Virus record (IMG/VR): IMGVR_UViG_3300025403_000028
Span: 1 to 33,585 of that record
Direction: 5' to 3' (one strand)
DNA from: a virus
Taxonomy: Duplodnaviria > Caudoviricetes
DNA length: 33,585 nt
The position numbers and the translations under genes were made by a program. This document shows positions 1-9,573 of this stretch, piece by piece (positions within the stretch are counted from its first letter, which is position 1; each line of letters starts with the position of its first letter). A model generated the notes under the pieces. The model did no database searches, was not told the origin of the DNA, and was given only the letters and a program-made list of their open reading frames with translations.

Positions 1-39
1 CATGTTGAGTGTCTGTACGGATAATTTTATTTCTTGCAT
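1..39 (-). CDS. partial hypothetical protein (N-terminus only, runs off the window)
   Basis: ATG at 39 just after the previous stop, reads MQEIKLSVQTLNM. Confidence 0.5.
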   Translation of the reverse strand, partial: MQEIKLSVQTLNM

Positions 40-40
40 A

Positions 41-235
41 TTAATTCCCTGTAGGTTGGTTAAGTTCAATGTATCGCAGTAATACCACGACCACGGAAAT
101 TATAATGCCCACTAACATCTGATGAATCGGGGTCAGCGGAAAGACAAACAGAAAACCCTGCATCACGGACAGCACCGCAATAAACAACGCCCAAAGAACG
201 TGCTTGTCTTTTAAGAGGGTGGTGAGTTGGTTCAT
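41..235 (-). CDS. small two-TM membrane protein, holin-like
   Basis: 64 aa with two hydrophobic stretches; lies after the tail fibre genes. Confidence 0.5.
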   Translation of the reverse strand: MNQLTTLLKDKHVLWALFIAVLSVMQGFLFVFPLTPIHQMLVGIIISVVVVLLRYIELNQPTGN

Positions 236-1446
236 ATTCCTACCTTGGCTTTAAGTGCCGTTACTTCTGCTGAAAGTTCTTGGATTGCGGAAGCCATTAA
301 AGAAACCATATTTCCATAATGTATAGCATCTGGTTTCCCGTCATCCCCATAAACAACAAATTCTTTTAAACCTGCGGCATCAACTTCTTCAGCAATAAAT
401 CCTGCGTGAGTATTTGTATCAACGGGATTTGCAATTTCATTACCTTTATCGTCTTTTATAAATGTTGGCCTTGACTGATAAGTAACTGCACGAAGTTTTA
501 ATACATCCGCAAGTCCAAAATTTGCATTTTGAATGTTTTGTTTATATTTTTCAGATGATGTTGAACGATACAATAATCCACTACTGTCAACATACATATT
601 TGCAGCATTGCTTGTGGTGTTTGCATATGCTTGAGCAATGTATACGTTATTACCTGCATTATTTATTTTTAATGGTTTACTAGAATATGATTGTATATAT
701 ATATAAGAAGGATCTTGGTATATATCAAAACCTTGAGATGTTGCTCCTAAAGTAGATCCTAAAGGAAAAGCTACTCTAGGACTAGCTCCAACACTTGCGT
801 ACATCCCAATAATTCCATTTCCATCTGATAAAACAATATTTGCTCCAGATAAGCCACCGTTTGCCCTAATATCTAAGCCATTTTGGTTTCCTGAATAATT
901 TCCAATAATTACGTTGTATGAACCAGAAGTCATACTATATCCTGCACCAACACCAAAGAAACAATTTTGAGTTCCTGAAGTTACCCCGTATCCCGCTTGG
1001 TTTCCTACATAAGTGTTATAAGATGCACCAGAATTTGATTGTGTATATCCTGCTTGATAACCGACTGCAACGTTATAAGATGCTATATTAGCATTCAGAG
1101 CTTGTTGACCAACAGCAATATTACTTGAGCCTGATAAATTTGATAGTAAAGATGAATCACCAATGGCAACATTAGTATTTCCAGTTGTTAAACCACCTAA
1201 TGCATTGTACCCAACACCAATATTGTCAGAACCACTTGTTACACTTTGAAGGGCGTGATAACCTATTGCAGTATTGTATCCAACTGTTTGAGTAGCCGCA
1301 CCTGCATTTGCCCCAACTGAAGTTGAGTAAGTATTTGAACCACCGCCCTTACCTACTGTTATTCCATTAATTGTCGCATCTGTTGTAGATACTACTGTAC
1401 CTGAGTTGGTGGTAACACCATTTGTTCCATCTAATACTATACTCAT
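232..1446 (-). CDS. tail fibre/spike with beta-roll repeats and C-terminal peptidase S74 chaperone domain
   Basis: repeated N(T/V/I)A(I/V)GxxAL motifs; C-terminal SSEKYKQNI...AGFIAEEV...AIQEL typical of intramolecular chaperones. Confidence 0.8.
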   Translation of the reverse strand: MSIVLDGTNGVTTNSGTVVSTTDATINGITVGKGGGSNTYSTSVGANAGAATQTVGYNTAIGYHALQSVTSGSDNIGVGYNALGGLTTGNTNVAIGDSSLLSNLSGSSNIAVGQQALNANIASYNVAVGYQAGYTQSNSGASYNTYVGNQAGYGVTSGTQNCFFGVGAGYSMTSGSYNVIIGNYSGNQNGLDIRANGGLSGANIVLSDGNGIIGMYASVGASPRVAFPLGSTLGATSQGFDIYQDPSYIYIQSYSSKPLKINNAGNNVYIAQAYANTTSNAANMYVDSSGLLYRSTSSEKYKQNIQNANFGLADVLKLRAVTYQSRPTFIKDDKGNEIANPVDTNTHAGFIAEEVDAAGLKEFVVYGDDGKPDAIHYGNMVSLMASAIQELSAEVTALKAKVGI

Positions 1447-1652
1447 GGTAATGTCTCCAAGAATGTTGTGATTTGCTCAGGTGTCATTTGATTGCCCTCT
1501 GCATCTTTTAATTCCACACCATTTTTGATATCACGGACGAATTGTTGGTAGTCTGTGTTGTCTGGTGAAAAGGGTATACAGGCTTTATCCAAAATACGAA
1601 TCACCGCTGTAGGGCTAGTTTCATTACGATTTAATTCACCTAATTTGTACAT
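1443..1652 (-). CDS. small tail-fibre-associated protein
   Basis: IPFSPDNTDYQQF motif common after phage fibre genes; likely start is MYKLG at 1652. Confidence 0.55.
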   Translation of the reverse strand: MYKLGELNRNETSPTAVIRILDKACIPFSPDNTDYQQFVRDIKNGVELKDAEGNQMTPEQITTFLETLP

Positions 1653-1653
1653 C

Positions 1654-2763
1654 TTATAACTCCGCTGTAAATGCAAGGAAACTTGCTGTTGAATTTACCC
1701 ACAATGTTTGAGGTCTGTAAAGCGTTTGACCTGATGCTGTAGTAACTTTTCCAGATCCATAGTTTGTATTACTTTGATTGGTAACAATTGCAGATATTGC
1801 TAAATCATAAGTATTTGAATCACTAACATTTACAGTTCCTCCATAACTAATTGTTGGCCCAGTTCTCATTGATACAGGAAATGGAACTTGTATATAAGCT
1901 TGAGTAGCACTAATTGATGTTGCACTTCCAAAATTAGTTGTAGTACTGGCTAATCCAGTATTTTGAAAATAATACCTCTGACACAAAGCCAACTCAGTAC
2001 CATAAGGACGATAATCAAAAGATGTTGCTTGTGCTCCTTTTTCTAATTGCACACCAGTCACATACCATGTAGCACCATTAGTTGCCGCCAAATTTACAGA
2101 GCCAGTTACTCCACCATAGTTACCAGAAGCCCAAGCCCCTCCAGTAGTAACATAAGTTGTTCCAATTCCTAGGTCAAAATTTACAGTAAGCCCGATTCCA
2201 TTTGTGCCTACAATCCAAGTGCCAGATGTATCACCAGGTATAGTTATTGATATTTGCGTCCAAGTACTTGCAGAAGATATTGTGTAACTAAATGGATAAG
2301 CACGACTTTGAGCAGAGTTTTTTAACGCACCGCTAAATGATCCAGTAAGTGATGAATAAACCCAAAATGATAAAGTAACAGATTGAGCATTAGCAGTACC
2401 AAATGCAAGGTCTGTCGTATTAAATGCTTCTATTTTTTGATTAACTTGAAAATAGTCACTTGTTCCTATTGTTGTTGCGGCAAGAGAAGTAACAAGCAAA
2501 GAATTATAAAATCCTGTCGGTGCATTAGTACTTTGTTGTGCAGAAAGTTTAGGAGCTTGGCTAAAGTCAAAATTCCAACGATCTATGGCATATTGAGAAC
2601 CAGCACCTGATGTTCCAATATTTACACTACTTGTTCCATTGTATTGGCTTACACTCATCGCACCATTAATAATCCTATTACGCAATGATGTAATGTTTGG
2701 GCTTATTACCCCACCAGTTGAACTGGTTATGTTCTCAGCGTTTATTTGTCCGTATGTTGCCAT
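1654..2763 (-). CDS. tail fibre-associated protein with carbohydrate-binding-like domain
   Basis: RNRIINGAM...DRW...VTLSFWV...GVQLEKG..AT.F..RPYGTELALCQRYY motifs. Confidence 0.7.
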   Translation of the reverse strand: MATYGQINAENITSSTGGVISPNITSLRNRIINGAMSVSQYNGTSSVNIGTSGAGSQYAIDRWNFDFSQAPKLSAQQSTNAPTGFYNSLLVTSLAATTIGTSDYFQVNQKIEAFNTTDLAFGTANAQSVTLSFWVYSSLTGSFSGALKNSAQSRAYPFSYTISSASTWTQISITIPGDTSGTWIVGTNGIGLTVNFDLGIGTTYVTTGGAWASGNYGGVTGSVNLAATNGATWYVTGVQLEKGAQATSFDYRPYGTELALCQRYYFQNTGLASTTTNFGSATSISATQAYIQVPFPVSMRTGPTISYGGTVNVSDSNTYDLAISAIVTNQSNTNYGSGKVTTASGQTLYRPQTLWVNSTASFLAFTAEL

Positions 2764-2764
2764 G

Positions 2765-3682
2765 TTATGCTCCTACCTTTGCTTCTAAAGCTGTTACTTT
2801 TGCGGATAGTTCTTGGATGGCTTTGACCAACACAGGGATGAGTGTGTCCCTTGTAACACTTAAGAGTTTTGCAGATTTTTCTCTGTCGGTGTCAGCTTCA
2901 TCAAACTCAATCTCTTGCCCAACAACAGCTTCTGGCAATGCTTCTTTTAGTTCTTGAGCAATAAAACCAATGTCTTCTGTACTGTTTGCTGTAAACGTAT
3001 AGCGCCGGGGCTTAATTGCCAGCACAGTGGACAGTCCAAGATCAAGGTCAACAATGTTGGATTTAATTCGTCTATCAGAATATGCAGCCCATGATGTTCC
3101 AGTATCTGTCAGAGAAACGCCAGACGCAAACGAAGCAGGAGTAATGTTCAAACGATTTGTTGAGGCTTCATTCCAAAAAAACCAACGTGCCACGTTTGCT
3201 CTACGCAATTGAAATTCAGAATTGCCACCAGAAGTTACAGTATCACATTGAACTGAACCTGAGCTTGTGCCTGTGACGTTTAAAATGCCAGTATTCGAAA
3301 GCGTCATTGCTTGGGTAAATGTGATAGTGCTACCCGCTGTTCCAGATGTAGCTACGTTCCAAAAATGAGATCCTTGATATTGCTGATAATAAGAAGCATT
3401 TACAGAAGATGCAGCATATTTATATCCACTGTTGTAATAAAAGTTAGACCCTAAAAGAACATTTCCAGAACCAGCTCCCCATAAAGAATTTCCATTACTC
3501 CCAACTTCTATTGCCTTTCCTAAACTCCAAGTTTCTGTCGTAACTCCTACACCTACGTTTTGACTTGTATCTATTGTTACCGCAGTAGTCGTACCATTAG
3601 TTTGTAAAACTAGATTACCTGTTGTATCAGACGTATATACTAAGCCTGTCGTTGTCGTTGTTCCTGATGCAATTGAACTCAT
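2765..3682 (-). CDS. tail fibre protein with C-terminal peptidase S74 chaperone domain
   Basis: SDRRIKSNI...IGFIAQEL...LVKAIQELSAKV. Confidence 0.8.
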   Translation of the reverse strand: MSSIASGTTTTTGLVYTSDTTGNLVLQTNGTTTAVTIDTSQNVGVGVTTETWSLGKAIEVGSNGNSLWGAGSGNVLLGSNFYYNSGYKYAASSVNASYYQQYQGSHFWNVATSGTAGSTITFTQAMTLSNTGILNVTGTSSGSVQCDTVTSGGNSEFQLRRANVARWFFWNEASTNRLNITPASFASGVSLTDTGTSWAAYSDRRIKSNIVDLDLGLSTVLAIKPRRYTFTANSTEDIGFIAQELKEALPEAVVGQEIEFDEADTDREKSAKLLSVTRDTLIPVLVKAIQELSAKVTALEAKVGA

Positions 3683-3696
3683 ATTAATCCTTTATA

Positions 3697-4584
3697 TTAC
3701 ACAACTACCCAGCGCTGACCTGAGCTGACTGTTACTGATACACCCGTATTCACTGTAACTGGGCCGACTGAGAATGCGTTGTTGCCTGACGCTATCGTAT
3801 AGCTTGTAGATACGGTTGTACCATTAATCATAAAGCCGTTTGATGAAATATGGACTGGTGATGTTAATTCGCCCGTGCTAGGCTTAAATGTGTACTGCGT
3901 ATTAGATGTGTAAACAACCTGTGCAGTGCCACTTGTTGCATGAGCAAATAACGGGTAATAAGCGGTCGTGGATGCCGTGTCATTGCTTATACTTGATCCA
4001 CCTACAGAATACCACCCTGGTACGCTTGCAACCTCGCTATAGCCCTCAAATTGCTTCGTAGTAGAGTTGTATCTGATCATCCCTTCTATCGGACTAGCAG
4101 GCTCTTGTGCGGTCGTTCCTACAGGCAAAAGCAATGCGGCAGTACCACCAAAAGAAGATGTTTTGATAAAGTCACCAGCCACAGTGCTCCAAAATACAAT
4201 AGCCTGTTCGCCGTTGTAAACTGTTACCCCAGTTGTTGGTCCTGTTACACCTCTAACTGTAATGCTATACCCGCCAGTTGTGGAGTTGTTAACCACATAC
4301 ATCTTACTCGCATTGGGTACGTTTATATTCCTATTGGCAGTACGCGCGCCAGTGCAGAGTAATTGAGCATACTGCGCCGTTGTGCTAACAATGTTATTTC
4401 CTGAGCTATTACCAACCGTCTGGGTAAGCGTAATGTCCGCATCTGTAGTAATATTGTTAGTTCCAGCTATGGCTATGTCAATATAATCGGTAGTTCCATA
4501 GTTAATGTCGTAACCCCAAGTACCAGACTCGGAGCCAACAACGGGCTCTACAAGCTGTAAATTTGTTGAATACGTTACGGACAT
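3697..4584 (-). CDS. tail structural protein
   Basis: Thr/Ser/Gly-rich; GE SGTWG-type N-terminus, GMIRYNSTTKQFEGY module, C-terminal SVGPVTV..GVSVTV.SGQRWVVV. Confidence 0.65.
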   Translation of the reverse strand: MSVTYSTNLQLVEPVVGSESGTWGYDINYGTTDYIDIAIAGTNNITTDADITLTQTVGNSSGNNIVSTTAQYAQLLCTGARTANRNINVPNASKMYVVNNSTTGGYSITVRGVTGPTTGVTVYNGEQAIVFWSTVAGDFIKTSSFGGTAALLLPVGTTAQEPASPIEGMIRYNSTTKQFEGYSEVASVPGWYSVGGSSISNDTASTTAYYPLFAHATSGTAQVVYTSNTQYTFKPSTGELTSPVHISSNGFMINGTTVSTSYTIASGNNAFSVGPVTVNTGVSVTVSSGQRWVVV

Positions 4585-4593
4585 TTATAACCC

Positions 4594-5433
4594 CTATGAT
4601 GTAATCTTAGTCCAATTTGGCGCTTGGCTATCATCAATTTGCGTCCAATTAGGTGTTTGAGAAGTTCCTACATTTTGCCACAATGGAGTTTGATTGTCAT
4701 TAATTACACTCCAATATGTAAAACCTAATGCTCCTAAAGATCCAGATGCTTGTACTCCAGCTAAAGTTAAACTCGTAGAATGAGCCGCAGTACCAACCGA
4801 TCCCGCCGCACTTGCACCAGTAATAAACGCTGACTTACCTGTTTGTATAGACCCAACCAAACCACTGGCACTTATTCCTGTCAGCGTAATTACTAAATTC
4901 GGTACTACGGTTCCAACATTACCAGTCGCAGAGTCTCCTGTCTCCCCTTCAGTCGTACTTGGAGTAACTGTACCCGTAAGCCCCTTAGAAAATACGCCGC
5001 TTAAATTGACCGCACCATTAGGCGATACCGTACCCGTAAATCCAGATGCTAAAACCCCGCTAAGTGCAACTTGTTGCACTGGGGATACTGTACCTGTTAA
5101 ACCAGATGCAATAACGCCTGTAATTGAAACCGTGATATTGGCTGTGGTATTACCAACAAATCCAGATGCAAATACATTTGTTATTGCTATTGATGTACCA
5201 GGAGTAATAGCTCCCGTAAATCCTGATGCATTAACTCCGCTTAAACCTACGGAATTAGATGGCGCTAAAGTACCCGTTAATCCCGCCGCATTAACACCTG
5301 TTAAAGATATTGTTGGATTAGAAGATGCCATTCCCGTCTGACCAGATGCGTTAACTCCTGTAAGAGCTACATAAACAACGGGCGTGCCTAAAGTTGCAAA
5401 AGGAGACTGGGCAAAGGCGGCGTACCCAAACAT
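4594..5433 (-). CDS. repetitive structural (tail) protein
   Basis: about 19-aa repeats LTGVxASGxTGTV; C-terminal QTPNW repeats. Confidence 0.6.
   Translation of the reverse strand: MFGYAAFAQSPFATLGTPVVYVALTGVNASGQTGMASSNPTISLTGVNAAGLTGTLAPSNSVGLSGVNASGFTGAITPGTSIAITNVFASGFVGNTTANITVSITGVIASGLTGTVSPVQQVALSGVLASGFTGTVSPNGAVNLSGVFSKGLTGTVTPSTTEGETGDSATGNVGTVVPNLVITLTGISASGLVGSIQTGKSAFITGASAAGSVGTAAHSTSLTLAGVQASGSLGALGFTYWSVINDNQTPLWQNVGTSQTPNWTQIDDSQAPNWTKITS
5064..5079. repeat. 16-bp palindrome copy 1
   Basis: GTGCAACTTGTTGCAC, inside a CDS. Confidence 0.9.
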
Positions 5434-6360
5434 TTAGAACACCAACCAACGTGAGCCACTAGGCACAGTTATTGAAACGCCATTACTCAAAGTAACAGGC
5501 CCGACAGAATGAGCAGAATACCCTGTTGGAATTGTATAACTTGTTCCTATTGTTAAATTATTTACAAATATACCATTAGAAGCAACAAGTTCCGCCCCCT
5601 GCAACTGGTTGGGCGTAGTGACGTTACCAGCCGTACTAATGGTTAAAGAATCAGTTGTTGTGCCCGTATTACCTGAGTTGACAACAAAATGAATTGCATT
5701 TGAACCATATGTTGTTAGTACTAAATCGGAACCAACTGACTCAACAAAGTTAGCGTTTGCGGCATTAGCCGCATTATTTCCGTATCCCGCCGCTGAATAA
5801 CTATAAGTGGAACTGTTTGTTCCCATCTCCATATAGACGGATGAATAGTTATTTGCAGTAGTTACATAGGAAGCATAAGATGTATTTCCACCATTATTAT
5901 TCTGTAAAACTACATTTGACCAAGTGGTATCTGTGCCGTAAAAAGTTGCAAGCTGACCAGTAGTAGAAACACTATACCCGCTCGTTCCTACATTTAACGT
6001 ACCAATCGTAGTAGTAGCATTAGATACATAAGTTAATATATTAACGTTGCCGTTTGTATCTTGTATTACAACTTTTTCAGCGGGGTAAGTAATAAATATA
6101 GAAACCGTACCACTAAACGTAACCACCGATCCAGAATTGCTAGAAGCCAGTATCGTTGTCCTGGCAAGAGCGCCAGTCGTATATGTGCCGTAGCCCACCT
6201 CCCAGTTACCAACCGTATCCGTTGCGGCGTAATAGGTCGTATTACCGCTGGTTAAAGCAGTAAAACTTTGAAAACCAGTAAGCGCAGACCCAAGCGTAAA
6301 ACTACTTGTCGTATACGATGTACTGTTAACCTGGACTCTATCAGCTACTTGCAGAGCCAT
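5434..6360 (-). CDS. tail structural protein
   Basis: N-terminal ADRV...WEVGYGTY...RTTILASSNSG...VFITYPAEK-type domain; C-terminal SVGPVTL..GVSITVPSGSRWLVF. Confidence 0.65.
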   Translation of the reverse strand: MALQVADRVQVNSTSYTTSSFTLGSALTGFQSFTALTSGNTTYYAATDTVGNWEVGYGTYTTGALARTTILASSNSGSVVTFSGTVSIFITYPAEKVVIQDTNGNVNILTYVSNATTTIGTLNVGTSGYSVSTTGQLATFYGTDTTWSNVVLQNNNGGNTSYASYVTTANNYSSVYMEMGTNSSTYSYSAAGYGNNAANAANANFVESVGSDLVLTTYGSNAIHFVVNSGNTGTTTDSLTISTAGNVTTPNQLQGAELVASNGIFVNNLTIGTSYTIPTGYSAHSVGPVTLSNGVSITVPSGSRWLVF

Positions 6361-6369
6361 ACACTACCT

Positions 6370-6849
6370 TTAAGTTGTAGACAAACGAACTAATGCAGTT
6401 GTAGTCGTGTTAGATGGCATTGTTAATGTAAAGTTTCCAGCCGTAATGGTCTGTGAACCAAACGTGTATACAGCTACCGCCTTGTTACTCTGTGATGAGT
6501 TATAAAGAAGCATCGTATCAAATGCAGTTGATAGTGTTACACTTGAATAAATAATACTTGCGGATGGTGTCCAATACCCTACTCCCGCCGTAGTAGATGA
6601 GTTTGTAGATGCTGGATTGGTTGCATTTGTTACTGTCACCCCGCCTGCTGAATATCCAGTACCAGATACTTCATTGGTAGCAGAGTACGCAGTAGTAGAC
6701 GCATTCATTGTAGCAGTCGTAACATACAAAGCCGCCTTGAACGTATCAGCCGTGTTAGCCGTATGCGCAGGATTAGCGGAACTAAAGTTATGAGTTGAAC
6801 TCAATAACTCACCTAAAAAAGAAGTACACATTGATTGCTGATTTGCCAT
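6370..6849 (-). CDS. virion structural protein (paralog of 7044-7487)
   Basis: TFKAALY...STTAYSATNEVSGTGYSAGG motif. Confidence 0.65.
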   Translation of the reverse strand: MANQQSMCTSFLGELLSSTHNFSSANPAHTANTADTFKAALYVTTATMNASTTAYSATNEVSGTGYSAGGVTVTNATNPASTNSSTTAGVGYWTPSASIIYSSVTLSTAFDTMLLYNSSQSNKAVAVYTFGSQTITAGNFTLTMPSNTTTTALVRLSTT

Positions 6850-6852
6850 GAT

Positions 6853-7044
6853 TTATCCTAAAGTTGCACCGATCAAATCGGTAAAGGGTGTTTTCTTAAG
6901 AGTAACATGGGCAGAACGATGCACAAGCTCACCGTTTAAGTAATACTCATCCCAAGTTGTATATTCAACATCATTATCTACACTGCCAGATTTGTGCTCC
7001 AGTAATGAATCATCCATCTCGCCTTTAGTCGTTGTGATTAACAT
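6853..7044 (-). CDS. hypothetical protein
   Basis: 63 aa, tightly coupled within the operon. Confidence 0.6.
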   Translation of the reverse strand: MLITTTKGEMDDSLLEHKSGSVDNDVEYTTWDEYYLNGELVHRSAHVTLKKTPFTDLIGATLG

Positions 7045-7487
7045 TATGCAATCCTTAAAATGGCTGTTGTAGACCCAGCAACTGGGAACTGAACAGTAAA
7101 TGAGTTAGAACAAATTTTATCACTACCAAAATCCAATACACAAACAGAAGCGTTATTTTGACTTGCATTGTAAATCAATGCGCCTCTAACAGTAAAGGCG
7201 GCAGGGCTCCAAATAGCATCATTAAAAGACCAATACCCTACCGTGCCGCCCGTTGATCCAGATGTTGGCGTTGTACTAATTGTCAACGCCTGACCACCAG
7301 CCGTATACCCAGTACCAACAACTTCACCCGTCAAACCAGATACATACTGCGTTGTTGATGGCCCAAGCGTTGCCGATCCATTAAATAAAGCAATGTAAAA
7401 AGTATTTGGACTTGTAGGGCCAAAGTTGTGCAAGCCTTGAGCAAGCTGGACTTTGAAACTGGTTGTTGCACCTTGTTGAAAAGCCAT
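7044..7487 (-). CDS. virion structural protein (paralog of 6370-6849)
   Basis: TFYIALF...GEVVGTGYTAGG...RGALIYNASQ..SVCVLDFGSDK. Confidence 0.65.
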   Translation of the reverse strand: MAFQQGATTSFKVQLAQGLHNFGPTSPNTFYIALFNGSATLGPSTTQYVSGLTGEVVGTGYTAGGQALTISTTPTSGSTGGTVGYWSFNDAIWSPAAFTVRGALIYNASQNNASVCVLDFGSDKICSNSFTVQFPVAGSTTAILRIA

Positions 7488-8599
7488 TATGTAACCGCCT
7501 GTCTATATTGTCCCGATCTGTATGCATCTTGACGCTCCATACCATCTCCAAGACGTTTTGCAATTGCCAATGCTTCGTTATACTTTTTATCGTAAAGAGC
7601 TATCAAATCAGGCTCTCCCTTGATAAACGTATATGCCTCTACAAGTGAACCATATAGTAAAACAGAATCAAAATTCTGACCCAGCCAGCTTGTTCCCGTT
7701 GGGTTATTTACCGAACTAACTTGCAATTGGAATCCTGTACCACCTGGAATAGATGCTGATAACAAGTCATTTACAGCAAAATAAGACCCATTTGTACTCA
7801 TTGTGACCGATGTTACAGCCCCTCCAGATACAACAATATCAGCCTTTGCACCACTTCCAGTACCGCCTGTTAAAGCTGTGTTGTAATATGTACCATTTGT
7901 ATATCCCGATCCAGCCGTGTAAATGCTAGTTACATTAACAGCAGATTGCACAATAGAAACAGGATAATAGTAATAATGCATCTCTGCACTATACCCAATA
8001 TCAGGCGTAGGACCAACAATAAATGATAGATTATTTGTAAGCGCTGAACTTACCACAGACGGCCCAAAAAGCGCGTAATATCCTGGCGTAGCGTAATAAT
8101 TAGGCAATGGAAATGCCTCACGCATATAGTTAACATCTTTATTAAGCAAGTAGTTATACTGCCCTTGGAAATTAATTGTGCCGCTAACATTGTTAGCATT
8201 AACCACAGATAAATAAACCGTAGTTCCAGATACCGATGTGACATAAGCACTAGAACCTATACCTGTTCCAGTCACATATTGTCCAATCTGGATGTTACCT
8301 GTAACAGTTCCTGATGTAGTAATTGTATATGTACCAGCAGTGCCAGTTGCAGTAGCAGATGCAGTCGTATAAACAGCTAAAGAATACGGCGCAAGAAAGT
8401 CTGTAGGGCAAGCTAAATATGGGTTATAAGCCGTCAAAACGCCCGTAACATTCTTACGCAAAGATGGAAATTGAACCGTGTTATAGATTCTTTGCTCAGC
8501 TTGCTCAACAAACGTAGGAATATCCGCTACGAAAGTGGTTTCGTAGTTCTGTAGATAGTCCTGTATTGACTGAGAAAGCTGAGAGTAATCTAAACTCAT
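7487..8599 (-). CDS. putative head-tail adaptor protein with inserted beta modules
   Basis: helical N-terminus (IQDYL...FVEQAEQRI), GPTPD..Y..E.HYY, LLYGSLVEAY motifs; two Thr/Gly-rich inserts. Confidence 0.6.
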   Translation of the reverse strand: MSLDYSQLSQSIQDYLQNYETTFVADIPTFVEQAEQRIYNTVQFPSLRKNVTGVLTAYNPYLACPTDFLAPYSLAVYTTASATATGTAGTYTITTSGTVTGNIQIGQYVTGTGIGSSAYVTSVSGTTVYLSVVNANNVSGTINFQGQYNYLLNKDVNYMREAFPLPNYYATPGYYALFGPSVVSSALTNNLSFIVGPTPDIGYSAEMHYYYYPVSIVQSAVNVTSIYTAGSGYTNGTYYNTALTGGTGSGAKADIVVSGGAVTSVTMSTNGSYFAVNDLLSASIPGGTGFQLQVSSVNNPTGTSWLGQNFDSVLLYGSLVEAYTFIKGEPDLIALYDKKYNEALAIAKRLGDGMERQDAYRSGQYRQAVT

Positions 8600-8907
8600 G
8601 CCATTGGGCCTCTGGACATAAAGCCACGCTCAGCCGCTCCAGCTCCACGCATCTTAATACCATCAGTCTTAACATCATTAGCACCAGGATCACCCATGCT
8701 AACGCGCAATGTACCTGTCAAACGGCCTTGTTGTTTCGCATTAAGCGTATTAGGGTCTGTATGAACAAAAGAATCAGTCTTGGGACTAATGTTTTTGCCG
8801 CTCATTGTGTGAGGACGGGAATATTCATCAGCGTTACCATTGTGAACATCTTTTGCCCTGTGAATAGATGGGCTATTCTTTTTGGTTGGTTTAACCATTG
8901 TCTTCAT
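8596..8907 (-). CDS. small basic protein
   Basis: C-terminal GIKMRGAGAAERG. Confidence 0.6.
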   Translation of the reverse strand: MKTMVKPTKKNSPSIHRAKDVHNGNADEYSRPHTMSGKNISPKTDSFVHTDPNTLNAKQQGRLTGTLRVSMGDPGANDVKTDGIKMRGAGAAERGFMSRGPMA

Positions 8908-8908
8908 A

Positions 8909-9136
8909 TTAACCTCCGCGACCAGAGCTCTTCTGGTTCATTGCACGAGCCATATTACGACCCATTGCTTTCATAGATTGGCCAGTTACACCGCCTTTTG
9001 CCATCTTTTTAACAGTTTTACCGCCCTTTTTGAGTTTGGATAAGTCTGTATGCTTACCAGTATGCTCTTGTTTATCATGCATACCAAAAGCCTTTTTGAT
9101 CAGCTTTTTATCTTCTTGAATATCGTCATGTTTCAT
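8909..9136 (-). CDS. small basic KKGG-motif protein
   Basis: LKKGG and MAKGG motifs; SD GGAG upstream. Confidence 0.65.
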   Translation of the reverse strand: MKHDDIQEDKKLIKKAFGMHDKQEHTGKHTDLSKLKKGGKTVKKMAKGGVTGQSMKAMGRNMARAMNQKSSGRGG

Positions 9137-9144
9137 GATTTCTC

Positions 9145-9573
9145 CTACGTTGTTACTATGGTTACTGTACCAACTTGCACGTTGAGTTGCAAGTAATTCT
9201 GTGTAAGAGCAACATCAAAAGAACTTGCTCCCCCAACTGGATTCCAACCCCACTGAAATACCCTGCTACCTTCGCTAGGATACCCATCTTGCGTAATACT
9301 TGTACCGTTTGACCGACAAGTATGCAATCCAGTTGTACCAGATTGATAATAACTAATGTCTGGCCTTGGATCACGCACGCCTTGTGGATCATCTACTGGG
9401 TACATACCAAGTTGCAACTGCGGCTGGTCTGGGTCCCAACAAGTTGGACACACTTTTAAGTCATACGTCTTGGTTTTAATGATCTCTTTTTTAAGATCAA
9501 ACAACTTATAGCGAAAACCACACCGATCACACTCTGCAATCGAGTTTTTACCAGAAGAAAACCTGTTTCCCAT
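9145..9573 (-). CDS. Zn-ribbon (CxxC...CxxC) phage protein
   Basis: CDRC...CPTC, then DDPQGVRDPRP. Confidence 0.65.
   Translation of the reverse strand: MGNRFSSGKNSIAECDRCGFRYKLFDLKKEIIKTKTYDLKVCPTCWDPDQPQLQLGMYPVDDPQGVRDPRPDISYYQSGTTGLHTCRSNGTSITQDGYPSEGSRVFQWGWNPVGGASSFDVALTQNYLQLNVQVGTVTIVTT

Noticed and set aside
232-6360. Possible diversity-generating retroelement TR/VR among similar tail gene ends
   Set aside because: Similarity is at the protein level without adenine-specific differences, and no reverse transcriptase is present in the window
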